A DNA stretch of 64,000 nucleotides, taken from assembly GCA_963765675.1 (NCBI GenBank), contig CAVXXK010000001.1, positions 256,001 to 320,000 on the forward strand. Reading direction: 5' to 3'. This DNA comes from an uncultured delta proteobacterium (GTDB lineage: Bacteria; Desulfobacterota; Binatia; Binatales; Binataceae). This document shows, piece after piece, positions 1 through 9,782 of this stretch. Each line of letters starts with the position of its first letter. The first letter of the stretch is position 1. Under the pieces are notes generated by a model. The model did not search any database, was not told the origin of the DNA, and saw only the letters and a list, made by a program, of their open reading frames with translations. A program made the position numbers and the translations under genes.

Positions 1-39
1 TCGTCATGTTTGGTATATTCATGACGATCGTAATCAAAT
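1..39. promoter_or_regulatory. Putative TetR operator(s)
   Basis: Near-palindrome ttcATGACGATCGTAATcaa (18-37). TCGTCATG(1-8) and CATGACGA(20-27) form an inverted pair directly upstream of a TetR gene. Confidence 0.55.
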
Positions 40-81
40 GTGTCAAGAGAGTTCAAAGGTCGGAGGGCCACGAAAGAGCTG

Positions 82-690
82 ATGCGGGTATCGAAAGAAA
101 CCGCCGCGCACAACCGCGAACAGATCCTGGCAGCCGCCGCTCGCATGTTTCGCGAACAGGGCATCACGGCGACCGGGGTCGACTCGATAACCAAAGCGGC
201 CGGACTCACTCACGGCGGCCTCTACAGCCAGTTCGGATCAAAACAAGCGATCGCCGCCGAGGCGATCCACTATGCGGCCGCGCGATCGGAACGGCGATGG
301 CAGCGCGCCGCCGAGCGTAGCACCGGCGCGCGAATCTTGCCCTCGATCATAGAGACCTACCTCGCGCCGGCGCATCGCGATGCTCCGGGCCATGGCTGCG
401 TGATCGCGTCTCTTGCTACGGACGTTGCCCGGCAACCGAAGGCGGTGCGCAAGGCGTTTACGAGAGAGCTAAGAAACACGCTTGAATTTCTGGCTCATCA
501 AATGCCGAGTAAGAGTTCCTCGCGGAGATTCGAGAGCGCTGCGGCCGCATTTTCGACGATGGTCGGCGCACTGATTCTTGCGCGCGCAGTGAGTGACAAT
601 GAGCTGTCAGGGCAAATATTGAATGCTGCGGCAGCTCGCACTGCGGATCTCGCCCAAGCGCGAAAACGATCGCGCCGAAACATCAGGTGA
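82..690 (+). CDS. TetR/AcrR family transcriptional regulator
   Basis: N-terminal HTH (AARMFREQG...AAGLTHGGLYSQFGSK); ATG at 82 (MRVSKE) chosen as typical start. Confidence 0.93.
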   Translation: MRVSKETAAHNREQILAAAARMFREQGITATGVDSITKAAGLTHGGLYSQFGSKQAIAAEAIHYAAARSERRWQRAAERSTGARILPSIIETYLAPAHRDAPGHGCVIASLATDVARQPKAVRKAFTRELRNTLEFLAHQMPSKSSSRRFESAAAAFSTMVGALILARAVSDNELSGQILNAAAARTADLAQARKRSRRNIR

Positions 691-1457
691 ACCCTGCGCA
701 CGGAGGATCGTCTTTGGAACCAAGGAATGCCACTGTCGCCGTGATTGGCGCCGGAGACTATATCGGCGGCGCTATTGCCAAACGATTTGCGGCCGAGGGT
801 TTTACGGTCTTCGCTGGGCGCCGAACCGCGGATAAGCTGGCGCCGCTGGTTGCGGAGATCGAGGCCGCGCACGGACGCGTTGTCGCGCGAGCCCTCGATG
901 CGCGCAAGGAAGATGAGATAACTGCTTTTCTAAAAGACGCCGACGCTCACGCTCCGCTAGAGGTCTGCATCTTCAATGTCGGGGCCAACGTCAATTTTCC
1001 AATCCTCGAGACGACCGATCGCGTCTTTCGCAAGGTTTGGGAGATGGCCTGCTATTCGGGCTTTTTGGCTGGTCGCGAAGCTGCGCGGTTGATGCTTCCG
1101 CGCGGACGCGGATGCATCTTCTTTACCGGCGCCACCGCGAGCATTCGCGGAGGAATCGGCTATTCGGCATTCGCCAGTGCGAAATTTGGCCTGCGCGCGG
1201 TGGCACAGAGTATCGCCCGCGAACTCGGACCCAGGAATATCCACGTCGCCCATCTCATCATCGATGCGGGAGTAGATACCGCATGGGTACGGGACCGAAT
1301 CAAAGAGCGAGAAGGCGACGCCGCTGTCAACAATCTTGATCCAGGTCGTCTGATGCGGCCGGCTGCGGTCGCGGAAGCATACTGGCAGCTATACCAACAA
1401 CCGCGCGATGCCTGGACTTTCGAGCAGGAAATTCGTCCGTTCGGAGAGAAGTGGTGA
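687..1457 (+). CDS. Short-chain dehydrogenase/reductase
   Basis: Rossmann motif VIGAGDYIG, TGATAS, FASAK; overlaps the TetR stop (GTGA). Confidence 0.9.
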   Translation: MNPAHGGSSLEPRNATVAVIGAGDYIGGAIAKRFAAEGFTVFAGRRTADKLAPLVAEIEAAHGRVVARALDARKEDEITAFLKDADAHAPLEVCIFNVGANVNFPILETTDRVFRKVWEMACYSGFLAGREAARLMLPRGRGCIFFTGATASIRGGIGYSAFASAKFGLRAVAQSIARELGPRNIHVAHLIIDAGVDTAWVRDRIKEREGDAAVNNLDPGRLMRPAAVAEAYWQLYQQPRDAWTFEQEIRPFGEKW

Positions 1458-1461
1458 ACTC

Positions 1462-2067
1462 ATGATCAAGGTAGAATTCCATTTCGATTTTGGCAGCCCC
1501 AATGCATACCTCAGTCATCTGGTTATTCCTGAGATCGAGAAGCGGACCGGCGTAAAGTTCGAGTACGTGCCGGTTCTGCTGGGCGGCGTCTTCAAGATGA
1601 CCAACAATCGTTCACCAGCCGAGAGCCTGGCGGGAATCAAGAACAAGCCCGATTATGAGCGTCTCGAAACCGCGCGCTTCATCCGTCGTCACGGCATAAA
1701 GCGCTTCACCTCCAATCCGTTTTTTCCTGTAAATACATTAGTGTTGATGCGTGGAGCGATCGCGGCTCAATCACTCGGTATATTCGAGCGATACGTTGAC
1801 GAAGTGTATAGACACATGTGGGCCGAACCCAAGAAAATGGACGATCCCGCGATACTGCGTGCCGCGTTCAGCGAGTCGAGCTTGCCGACGGACAAAATTC
1901 TCGAATTGGCGCAAGCTCAGAACGTTAAGGACAGATTGCTCGAGAACACTCGGCGCTCCGTCGAGCGCGGCACCTTTGGGTCACCGACGTTCTTTGTCGG
2001 CGACGAGATCTTTTTCGGAAAGGACCGCCTGCGCGACGTCGAAGAGTTGATAACCGCCTCAAAGTAA
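1462..2067 (+). CDS. 2-hydroxychromene-2-carboxylate isomerase / GST-kappa (DsbA-like)
   Basis: FDFGSPNAYL and GTFGSPTFFV...FFGKDRL motifs. Confidence 0.9.
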   Translation: MIKVEFHFDFGSPNAYLSHLVIPEIEKRTGVKFEYVPVLLGGVFKMTNNRSPAESLAGIKNKPDYERLETARFIRRHGIKRFTSNPFFPVNTLVLMRGAIAAQSLGIFERYVDEVYRHMWAEPKKMDDPAILRAAFSESSLPTDKILELAQAQNVKDRLLENTRRSVERGTFGSPTFFVGDEIFFGKDRLRDVEELITASK

Positions 2068-2302
2068 TTGCCCAGCTGGTGTCCGCCAGAGCGCCACCCT
2101 CGCGACGGTGATGCCGTTATCGAAAAGAGCACGGCCGCCGACCGGCGACCTCGCATCTACGGAACTTCTTGTTCCGTCGAGCCTGCGCGTTAGGTATTCA
2201 GCGGATTTCAAATTGCAATCCGACATTTGATTTTGCAGCGCGACTCATTTCGCAGCCTCGGGAATGAGAAATGATTCAGCCTTGATCTGACAAAGGTTCT
2301 GG

Positions 2303-2318
2303 TTGGTCCGGGAATTGC
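2303..2318 (+). promoter_or_regulatory. Putative sigma54 promoter
   Basis: TTGGTCCG-GGAA-TTGC, GG-N10-GC spacing. Confidence 0.45.
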
Positions 2319-2332
2319 CTTGGATCCCGATC

Positions 2333-2767
2333 GTGAACCTCTGGAAAAAGCGTTCTCCGTCTCCTTCGCCCGCTCGCAGAACCCTAAGACATGAGTTTGT
2401 CATCGGTCCGCCTCGCGAGAGCCCGATGTTTCAGCGAAAGGCCAGGCTATACTACTGCATTCGCTGCAAATGGAGCTTTCTGGTCTGTGAGCGGCAGGTA
2501 ATCGTTCTCGACGAACACGGCCAGCCTCTAGCTGGAACCAAGGGCGCGGAGCGTTTCGATACGTTCGACGAAGGGCCGTGTCCCGGGCTTGAAGTACTCC
2601 GATCGAGCAAGCCCATCACGGTCTACGTCGTCCACCTTAGATCGGTGAGGAAGAACGACGAATCAAATAGTCCGTTTATTTCCAACATTCCTGCTCGGAC
2701 TTCAGAGCCTCGGCCTGTGCTGCGCCTCCTTACTTGCGCCCGAAAAGATATAGAAGCATCTCCGTGA
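2333..2767 (+). CDS. Hypothetical protein with CxxC (possible Zn-binding)
   Basis: ORF with YYCIRCKWSFLVC and GPCP; GTG start inferred downstream of the sigma54-like site. Confidence 0.55.
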   Translation: MNLWKKRSPSPSPARRTLRHEFVIGPPRESPMFQRKARLYYCIRCKWSFLVCERQVIVLDEHGQPLAGTKGAERFDTFDEGPCPGLEVLRSSKPITVYVVHLRSVRKNDESNSPFISNIPARTSEPRPVLRLLTCARKDIEASP

Positions 2768-3119
2768 TTTATCTGACCGCGAGCGCGAATACATCTCGCG
2801 GGTGTTGGCCGAGAGTTCGACGCTAGATCAGGTGGCGGCCGCGCAGCAAGTTCGCCGCCGCGCACCTCTTTGAGCAGCGGCTCGATTCGCTTTAGGTATT
2901 GGCGATCGCGGTCAGCGTCAGCCTGCGCCTGCCGCTGACGTGCGTCCTCGCGGACTTCATTCAGTTTGATCAAGATCGATCCGGTAAACGCGTCCGCGCA
3001 GGCGTATAGTTTGAAGAAATGAGACCGGCCGGACTTTTTGTCGTGGCATAACCCAGCGGCTCTGCGTCATTATTGGATCATATCGATCCGCATGCCCCCA
3101 AAGAGGTCAAAGCTGAATT

Positions 3120-4775
3120 ATGAAAGTTAGCGAACTCGCGGGAAAGCCGGCTCCCGCTTCGATGCTCGTGAACGTCCCGAGGCTGGTGACCGCGTATTTC
3201 GCAGAGCATCCCGATCCGAAGCTCGCGGCCGAGCGCGTCTCGTTCGGAACCTCGGGGCATCGCGGTAGCGCGCTCGAGCGCAGCTTCAACGAGGCCCACA
3301 TCCTCGCGATCAGCCAGGCAATCTGCCTCTATCGCAAGAAGCATCAGATAGATGGTCCGCTCTTTCTCGGAATGGATACTCATGCGCTCTCAGAGCCGGC
3401 GCTTGCCAGCGCGCTCGAGGTGCTGGCCGCCAATGGTGTCGAGGTGATGATCGACAGTGTGTCCGGCTACACGCCGACGCCGGTCATCTCGCACGCGATT
3501 CTCACCTACAACCGCGGCCGCACCAGTGGCCACGCAGACGGGATCGTCATCACGCCGTCGCACAATCCGCCCGCCGATGGCGGCTTCAAATACAATCCAC
3601 CCAACGGCGGTCCCGCCGACACCGATGTCACCAACTGGATCGAGCAGACTGCCAACTCGCTCCTGGCCGACGGCCTTCGCGCGATCGAGCGCATCCCATA
3701 CGAGCGCGCGATGCGCGCCACCACCACCCATCGACATGACTACATCAACGCCTACGTGAGCGATCTCGGAAACGTCGTGAATATGGAGACAATCCGCTCG
3801 GCTGGCGTCAGGATCGGCGTCGATCCCCTGGGCGGCGCGGCCGTTCACTACTGGGAGCCGATTATCGATCGTTACAAAATCGCCGCGACCGTCGTCAACA
3901 ACGCGATCGATCCAACCTTTCGCTTCATGACCGTGGATTGGGACGGCAAGATCCGGATGGACTGCTCGTCGCCCTACGCGATGGTGCCGGTAGTGGCGAT
4001 GCGCGATCGATTCGACGTCGCATTCGGCAATGACACCGACGCCGACCGCCATGGAATAGTCACTCCTGCCGGCTTGATGAATCCGAATCACTATCTGGCG
4101 GTCGCGATATCGTACTTGTTCAAGCATCGCGAGCGCTGGCCGAAAAATGCCGCGGTCGGCAAGACCGTCGTGAGCAGTTCGCTTCTCGATCGCGTTGCCA
4201 CCGGACTCGGGCGGCGTCTGTTCGAGGTGCCCGTCGGTTTCAAATGGTTCGTGTCCGGTCTCCTGGACGGAAGCCTCGGCTTCGGCGGCGAAGAGAGTGC
4301 CGGAGCCTCGATGCTGCGGATCGACGGCAGCGTCTGGACCACCGACAAGGACGGCATAATCCTGGGCCTTCTCGCCGCGGAGGTTACCGCCGCGACTGGT
4401 CGCGATCCGGGAAAGCACTACGAGGCGCTGACCCGCGAATATGGCGCGCCGGTTTACGAAAGAATCGACGCGCCAGCGACGGTCGCGCAAAAAGATATCC
4501 TGAAGAAGCTGACGCCCAATCAGATACACGCGAAGGATTTGGCAGGCGAAAAGATTGCCGCGATGCTGACCAACGCGCCCGGCAACAACGCCCCGATCGG
4601 CGGACTCAAGGTCGCCACCGAGCACGGATGGTTCGCTGCGCGCCCCTCCGGCACTGAGGAGGTGTATAAAATTTACGCCGAGAGCTTCCGCGACGCCGAC
4701 CATCTAAAGCAAATCCAGAAGGAAGCCCAAGCGATCATCCAACGCGTTTTTGAACAAGCCTCGAATCAGAATTAG
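3120..4775 (+). CDS. pgm: Phosphoglucomutase (alpha-D-glucose-1,6-bisphosphate dependent)
   Basis: [14 protein letters not shown] (catalytic Ser), DTDADR, GEESAG, RPSGTE motifs. Confidence 0.97.
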   Translation: MKVSELAGKPAPASMLVNVPRLVTAYFAEHPDPKLAAERVSFGTSGHRGSALERSFNEAHILAISQAICLYRKKHQIDGPLFLGMDTHALSEPALASALEVLAANGVEVMIDSVSGYTPTPVISHAILTYNRGRTSGHADGIVITPSHNPPADGGFKYNPPNGGPADTDVTNWIEQTANSLLADGLRAIERIPYERAMRATTTHRHDYINAYVSDLGNVVNMETIRSAGVRIGVDPLGGAAVHYWEPIIDRYKIAATVVNNAIDPTFRFMTVDWDGKIRMDCSSPYAMVPVVAMRDRFDVAFGNDTDADRHGIVTPAGLMNPNHYLAVAISYLFKHRERWPKNAAVGKTVVSSSLLDRVATGLGRRLFEVPVGFKWFVSGLLDGSLGFGGEESAGASMLRIDGSVWTTDKDGIILGLLAAEVTAATGRDPGKHYEALTREYGAPVYERIDAPATVAQKDILKKLTPNQIHAKDLAGEKIAAMLTNAPGNNAPIGGLKVATEHGWFAARPSGTEEVYKIYAESFRDADHLKQIQKEAQAIIQRVFEQASNQN

Positions 4776-4850
4776 CGATTAATCAGAACGCTCGGTCACT
4801 ATGAATCCCTACTATCAACACGCCTTACTCACGGTTGCCGATCCAATACT

Positions 4851-7211
4851 ATGTCGGTAGTGGCAATTCCGTCCGAAGGCTCACTGAGTAGTGATCAGGG
4901 CGCCAACTCGCCCGGCCTTGCCGTTGACGAGGCCGCCCGGCGTCTGGTTCAGTTCGGACCCAACTCGGTAACCGACACCTCCGTCAGTGCATTGTGGTTG
5001 GCGATAGGCAAGTTCTGGGCGCCGGTGCCGTGGATGCTCGAGGCCGCGATCCTGCTCGAACTCATGCTCGGAAAATTTGTCGAAGCAGCGATCATCGGGT
5101 TCCTTCTCCTGTTCAACGCCGCTCTCGGACTTTTCCAGGAGTCGCGCGCGCAGGCGACTCTCGAGGCGCTGAAGTCGCGTCTGGCGCTCAATGCCTCCGT
5201 GCACCGCGGAGGTGCCTGGATTGTCGTACCCGCCGCCACGCTCGTGCCGGGCGATATCGTCAAGCTCTCGCTCGGATCGGTGGTTGCCGCTGATGTTCGG
5301 CTGCTCGGCGGATCGGTCCTTCTCGATCAATCGACGCTCACCGGCGAGTCAGTCCCGATCGAAGCTGGCGCTGGAACCCAAACCTGGGCCGGAGCGCTGG
5401 TGCGCCGCGGCGAGGCGCTCGCCGAAGTTACCGCCACCGGATCGCGCACGAAGTTCGGGCGCACCGCCGAGCTCGTTCGTGTCGCGCACGTGGCCAGCTC
5501 TCAGCAAAAGGCCGTGCTGCGCGTGGTGCGCAACCTCGCGATATTCAACAGCGTGATCATCATGATGCTGGTGGCGTATGCCTACGCGATCGCGATGCCG
5601 ATTGCCGAAATCATACCGCTGGTGCTGACCGCCATTCTGGCGACTATCCCGGTCGCCCTTCCCGCCACCTTCACTCTCGCCGAGGCTCTCGGCGCACGCG
5701 CCCTGGCTCACTTGGGCGTCTTGCCGACGCGGCTCTCCGCGGTGGACGAAGCCGCGACCATGGATGTCCTGTGCTCGGACAAAACCGGCACGCTGACCCG
5801 CAACGAGCTGAAGGTTACCGCGATCCGGCCGATGCCCGGCTTCGACGAACCACAGGTGCTCGCGATGGCGGCGCTGGCCAGCGACGAAGGCGGACAGGAT
5901 CCCGTCGATGCGGCGATTCGAGCCGCGGCAGTCCTCACTCCGGTGTCCGCTCCACTCAAGGCCGTCAGTTTTATCCCGTTTGATCCTTCGACCAAGCAAT
6001 CGGAGGCGACCGCGATGGATGCGAAAGGAGTTACGTTGCGAGTCGTCAAAGGCGCATTCGCCGCCGTCGGCATCCTTGCACCGGCGTCCGCGGAGGCGGC
6101 GCAGGCGGCGCGGGAGCTCGAAGGGAAAGGTTTCCGCGTTCTGGGCGTCGCAGTAGGACCTGCGCAGGGAAAACTCTCAATATGCGGGTTGGTCGCCCTC
6201 AGCGATCCGCCGCGCGATGATTCCGCGACGCTTATCGCGGCGCTGCTCGCCTCCGGCGTGCGTACCGTAATGTTAACCGGCGACGCGCCTGCCACCGCTG
6301 CGATCGTCGCGCGTGCGGTGGGTCTTGATGGCCCCGTATGCCCTCCCGGCGCGATTTCGCCAACGGCGCGGCCCGACCAGTTCGCGGTCTTTGCGGGAGT
6401 CTTGCCCGAAGGCAAATATCAGCTCGTCAAGGCGTTTCAGGCCGGAGGGCACACCGTCGGCATGTGCGGTGACGGCGCAAACGACGCGCCTGCCCTGCGC
6501 CAAGCGCACATGGGAATAGCGGTATCCACCGCCACCGACGTCGCCAAATCAGCGGCCGGCATCGTACTGACCGAGCCTGGACTGGCCGGTATAGTCGCCG
6601 CGGTCAAGGAAGGCCGCACCACCTTTCAGCGTGTTCTGACCTATACCTTGAACTCGGTAATCAAAAAGCTGGTTCAGGTGCTGTTTCTGGCAGTCGGGCT
6701 TGTGATGACTGGACGTGCAATACTCACTCCGATGCTTATGGTCATCATCATGATCACCGGAGACTTTCTGACTATGTCGTTGACCACGGATAACGTGGTG
6801 CCCTCGCCGACGCCCAACATATGGCGAATCGGCCGACTGACTATTGCCGGCGCTGTACTGGCTATCAGCGAGCTTATATTTTGCTCCGCCGTTCTGGCGA
6901 TCGGAAAATTCCGGATGGAAATGAGTACGCAAACGCTGCAAACTCTCTCCTTCGTGGTACTGATGTTCGCCAGTGAAGCGGCCTTATATGCGATTCGCAT
7001 CCGCCACCGCCTGTGGTCGCGGCCGAGTACCTGGCTTATTCTGTCCTCGGTCGGCGATCTGCTGATAATTGGTACGCTCGCCGTCGGCGGAATCGCGATG
7101 GCCCCGCTACCCATTTACGTCGTGGCAGGCGTGCTCGCTGGTGCAGTCCTATACGGACTCGCGGCGGACGTGATGAAGCTCTGGCTGTTCGCGCGCCTCC
7201 GAATCGCCTGA
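4851..7211 (+). CDS. P-type plasma-membrane H+-ATPase (P3A-like)
   Basis: TGES, IPVALP, CSDKTGTLT, TGD, GDGANDAPAL motifs; Asp in TM6 (ITGDF); short N-terminus. Confidence 0.85.
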   Translation: MSVVAIPSEGSLSSDQGANSPGLAVDEAARRLVQFGPNSVTDTSVSALWLAIGKFWAPVPWMLEAAILLELMLGKFVEAAIIGFLLLFNAALGLFQESRAQATLEALKSRLALNASVHRGGAWIVVPAATLVPGDIVKLSLGSVVAADVRLLGGSVLLDQSTLTGESVPIEAGAGTQTWAGALVRRGEALAEVTATGSRTKFGRTAELVRVAHVASSQQKAVLRVVRNLAIFNSVIIMMLVAYAYAIAMPIAEIIPLVLTAILATIPVALPATFTLAEALGARALAHLGVLPTRLSAVDEAATMDVLCSDKTGTLTRNELKVTAIRPMPGFDEPQVLAMAALASDEGGQDPVDAAIRAAAVLTPVSAPLKAVSFIPFDPSTKQSEATAMDAKGVTLRVVKGAFAAVGILAPASAEAAQAARELEGKGFRVLGVAVGPAQGKLSICGLVALSDPPRDDSATLIAALLASGVRTVMLTGDAPATAAIVARAVGLDGPVCPPGAISPTARPDQFAVFAGVLPEGKYQLVKAFQAGGHTVGMCGDGANDAPALRQAHMGIAVSTATDVAKSAAGIVLTEPGLAGIVAAVKEGRTTFQRVLTYTLNSVIKKLVQVLFLAVGLVMTGRAILTPMLMVIIMITGDFLTMSLTTDNVVPSPTPNIWRIGRLTIAGAVLAISELIFCSAVLAIGKFRMEMSTQTLQTLSFVVLMFASEAALYAIRIRHRLWSRPSTWLILSSVGDLLIIGTLAVGGIAMAPLPIYVVAGVLAGAVLYGLAADVMKLWLFARLRIA

Positions 7212-7307
7212 GTCTCAGCGCGATGTTCGACCAGCGTCCGCGCTGTTGAAAAGACCGTTAGCTTGGCCTAAGGCTGCAAGTTGACCCTGCGGCGGAGCGA
7301 AACCCTG

Positions 7308-8771
7308 ATGGCAATCGAATTAACCCAACTTGCTGAGATGGACGCCACGGCACAGGCCGAACTCGTCGCCACCGGCCAGGCGACGGCGTCCGAACTGGTC
7401 GAAGCAGCTATTCAGCGAATCGAACGTCTCAACCCGCAAATCAATTGCGTCGTCTATCCGCGCTTCGACCAGGCGCGCGACGAGGCTGCCAAGTTACGAG
7501 ACCATCCGGCGCGCGGAATTTTTCGCGGCGTGCCTTTTCTGTTGAAAGATTTGTCCGAGACGGTCGCGGGCGAGCCGATGAGCTGGGGATGGAAGCCGCT
7601 GAAGGACGCGCAGCTCCGTGCGCGATCGACGGCAAACGTCGCCGCCAGGTTTCACGCCGCCGGATTGATCGTACTCGGACGGACTACCGTCCCCGAATGG
7701 GGTCCCTCGATCGCGACTGAGACGCGCGCCTGGGGCGCGACGCGCAATCCGTGGAACCTCGAGCGCGGCGTCGGCGGCTCAAGCGGCGGCGCCGGTGCGG
7801 CAGTAGCCTCGCGGATGGTCGCAATCGCCCATGGCAACGACGCCGGCGGCTCGATTCGGATTCCCGCGTCGTTCTGCGGAATCGTCGGCCTCAAACCTTC
7901 GCGCGGCCGTACTTCGATCGGACCCCTCCACGCGAATATCTGGCACGGACTCGGCGAGGAAGGCGCTCTCGTCCGCTCCATTCGCGACGCGGCTGCGGCG
8001 CTCGACGTCGTGGCTGGTTACGAGTCCGGTGATCCTTATACCGCGCCCGCTCCGCGGCGCTCTTTTCGCGCCGAGGTCGGCCAGTCTCCTGGACGGCTTC
8101 GGATTGGGTTCATGGACCGCGCCCCCTCATTTCATCCCGGAATCGAACCCGAGTGCGCCGCCGCAGTTCGAGCCTGTGCGAAGCTGCTGGGTTCGCTCGG
8201 GCACTCGATGGAACAAACCCATCCTGCCGCGCTCGACGACAACCGTGTTGGCGACCCGATCGGCGTGCTGGTCGCCACCAGCGAAGCGCTCGCCGCGGTT
8301 GAGGCCGAACAAATTCTCGGCCGCCCTTTAAGTGCCGAAGATTTCGATCCGTGGACCTGGTTTCTTATCGAACGAGGCCGCCGATTCTCCGCCCTCGATT
8401 TGCTCCGTGCGACCGAGTGGGTCAACGAGTTCACCCGCACCACCGCGAAGTGGTGGACCGATGGGTTCGATATTCTCGTAACTCCGACGCTCGCGACCGC
8501 AGCGCCGCCGATTGGAATTTTTCAGCTACGTCCCAACGAGCATCCTGCCGATATTGGCCGGCGGATGGCTTACATCAGCCCGTTCACGATTCCGTGGAAC
8601 GTCGCCGGCAATCCTGCCATCTCGCTGCCGCTGCACACGACACCTGACGGCATGCCGGTCGGCGTTCAACTGGTCGCCGCGTACGGCCGCGAAGATTTGC
8701 TCCTGCGCCTGGCTGCCCAGATCGAGGATGCGGCCCCGTGGTCCGGACGCCAGCCGGTCTTGTCCACTTAA
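7308..8771 (+). CDS. Amidase signature family protein
   Basis: GVPFLLKD, GGSSGG, DAGGSIRIPAS (Ser-cisSer-Lys triad). Confidence 0.93.
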   Translation: MAIELTQLAEMDATAQAELVATGQATASELVEAAIQRIERLNPQINCVVYPRFDQARDEAAKLRDHPARGIFRGVPFLLKDLSETVAGEPMSWGWKPLKDAQLRARSTANVAARFHAAGLIVLGRTTVPEWGPSIATETRAWGATRNPWNLERGVGGSSGGAGAAVASRMVAIAHGNDAGGSIRIPASFCGIVGLKPSRGRTSIGPLHANIWHGLGEEGALVRSIRDAAAALDVVAGYESGDPYTAPAPRRSFRAEVGQSPGRLRIGFMDRAPSFHPGIEPECAAAVRACAKLLGSLGHSMEQTHPAALDDNRVGDPIGVLVATSEALAAVEAEQILGRPLSAEDFDPWTWFLIERGRRFSALDLLRATEWVNEFTRTTAKWWTDGFDILVTPTLATAAPPIGIFQLRPNEHPADIGRRMAYISPFTIPWNVAGNPAISLPLHTTPDGMPVGVQLVAAYGREDLLLRLAAQIEDAAPWSGRQPVLST

Positions 8772-8809
8772 TCCATCCTTGCGCCGCTGAATTGACGGAT
8801 ACGCGATGA

Positions 8810-9583
8810 TCAGCCGGCCACGAACCCAAGCGGCGCGGGTGCCTGCGGGATTGTTTGCCACAGCTCGGGATCGTGCCCCGTGACGATCATCATCCCCGCG
8901 TCGCGCATCGCACGCAGCCGTCTAAGCGACTCGAGCATCTGCTCGCGATTGTACATCGCGGTCGGCAGATGCATCGTGTCCAGCGTACGGCGCAAATAAC
9001 ACGCGTCTCCCGTCAGGACGACGTGGCCGGAGCCGATCTGCAGCCGCAGCGACTGATGCCCCGGCGTATGCCCGTGCGTCGGAATGCATACCACCGAGCC
9101 GTCGCCGAAGACGTCGTGCTCGCCGTCAATCGTCCGCACCCGATGCCCGTGGTCGTAGTCATTCGGGTTGTAATAGACGCTCTCGATCAGGTCGGCGTCA
9201 TGAGCAGCTTCCCATTCGCGGCGCTGAATCAGCAGCGTCGCGTTCGGTAGCTGCTGATTGCCGCCACAGTGATCGAAGTGCAGATGCGAGTTGATAATCA
9301 GATCGATATCCTCCGGTTTGCGCCCGAGCGCCCCCAGCCGCCCGGCAATCTCCTCGCCGGGTTTGAATCCGACTGTGTGAATCGAAGCCAAACGTCCCAG
9401 ACGCCGATCCGGTTCGGTCTGCGTCTCTACATGAAGTCCGGTATCGAAAATCACGCGGCCTTTCGGATGCTCGATCAGATAGGAGGGAACCGGCACCTTC
9501 AGCTTCCCCTTCTCGCCCTGGAGCAAAAGTCCCATCGGCAGAGTCAGCCATCCGCACGTGAACGCATAGACATTAAGAGCCAT
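8810..9583 (-). CDS. N-acyl homoserine lactonase-family metallo-beta-lactamase
   Basis: HLHFDH, GHTPGH, GDACY, GHD motifs. Confidence 0.88.
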   Translation of the reverse strand: MALNVYAFTCGWLTLPMGLLLQGEKGKLKVPVPSYLIEHPKGRVIFDTGLHVETQTEPDRRLGRLASIHTVGFKPGEEIAGRLGALGRKPEDIDLIINSHLHFDHCGGNQQLPNATLLIQRREWEAAHDADLIESVYYNPNDYDHGHRVRTIDGEHDVFGDGSVVCIPTHGHTPGHQSLRLQIGSGHVVLTGDACYLRRTLDTMHLPTAMYNREQMLESLRRLRAMRDAGMMIVTGHDPELWQTIPQAPAPLGFVAG

Positions 9584-9706
9584 CTATTTCCTCGCTCGCT
9601 TCAATCATCGTGACGGGCCGCTCCGCAATCCTAGTCAATCTCGATATCGATAGCGTAACGCGAAGATCAGTTGCAGGCCCGAGGCGCTTGGGATTGCGTC
9701 AGGTAC

Positions 9707-9720
9707 TAAACGATCGTTTA
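9707..9720. promoter_or_regulatory. Perfect 14-bp palindrome, putative repressor operator
   Basis: TAAACGATCGTTTA in the divergent lactonase/LLM intergenic region. Confidence 0.55.
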
Positions 9721-9782
9721 ATCAGGTTGACCCTCCCGCAGCCGTTGGCAAATTCCATCCGGAGACAGGTCGAGGACGACAT

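Noticed and set aside
2623-2973. Minus-strand 116-aa ORF
   Set aside because: TTG start with no RBS, a 145-bp overlap with the opposite ORF, and no recognisable motif. It could be a remnant but is unsupported.
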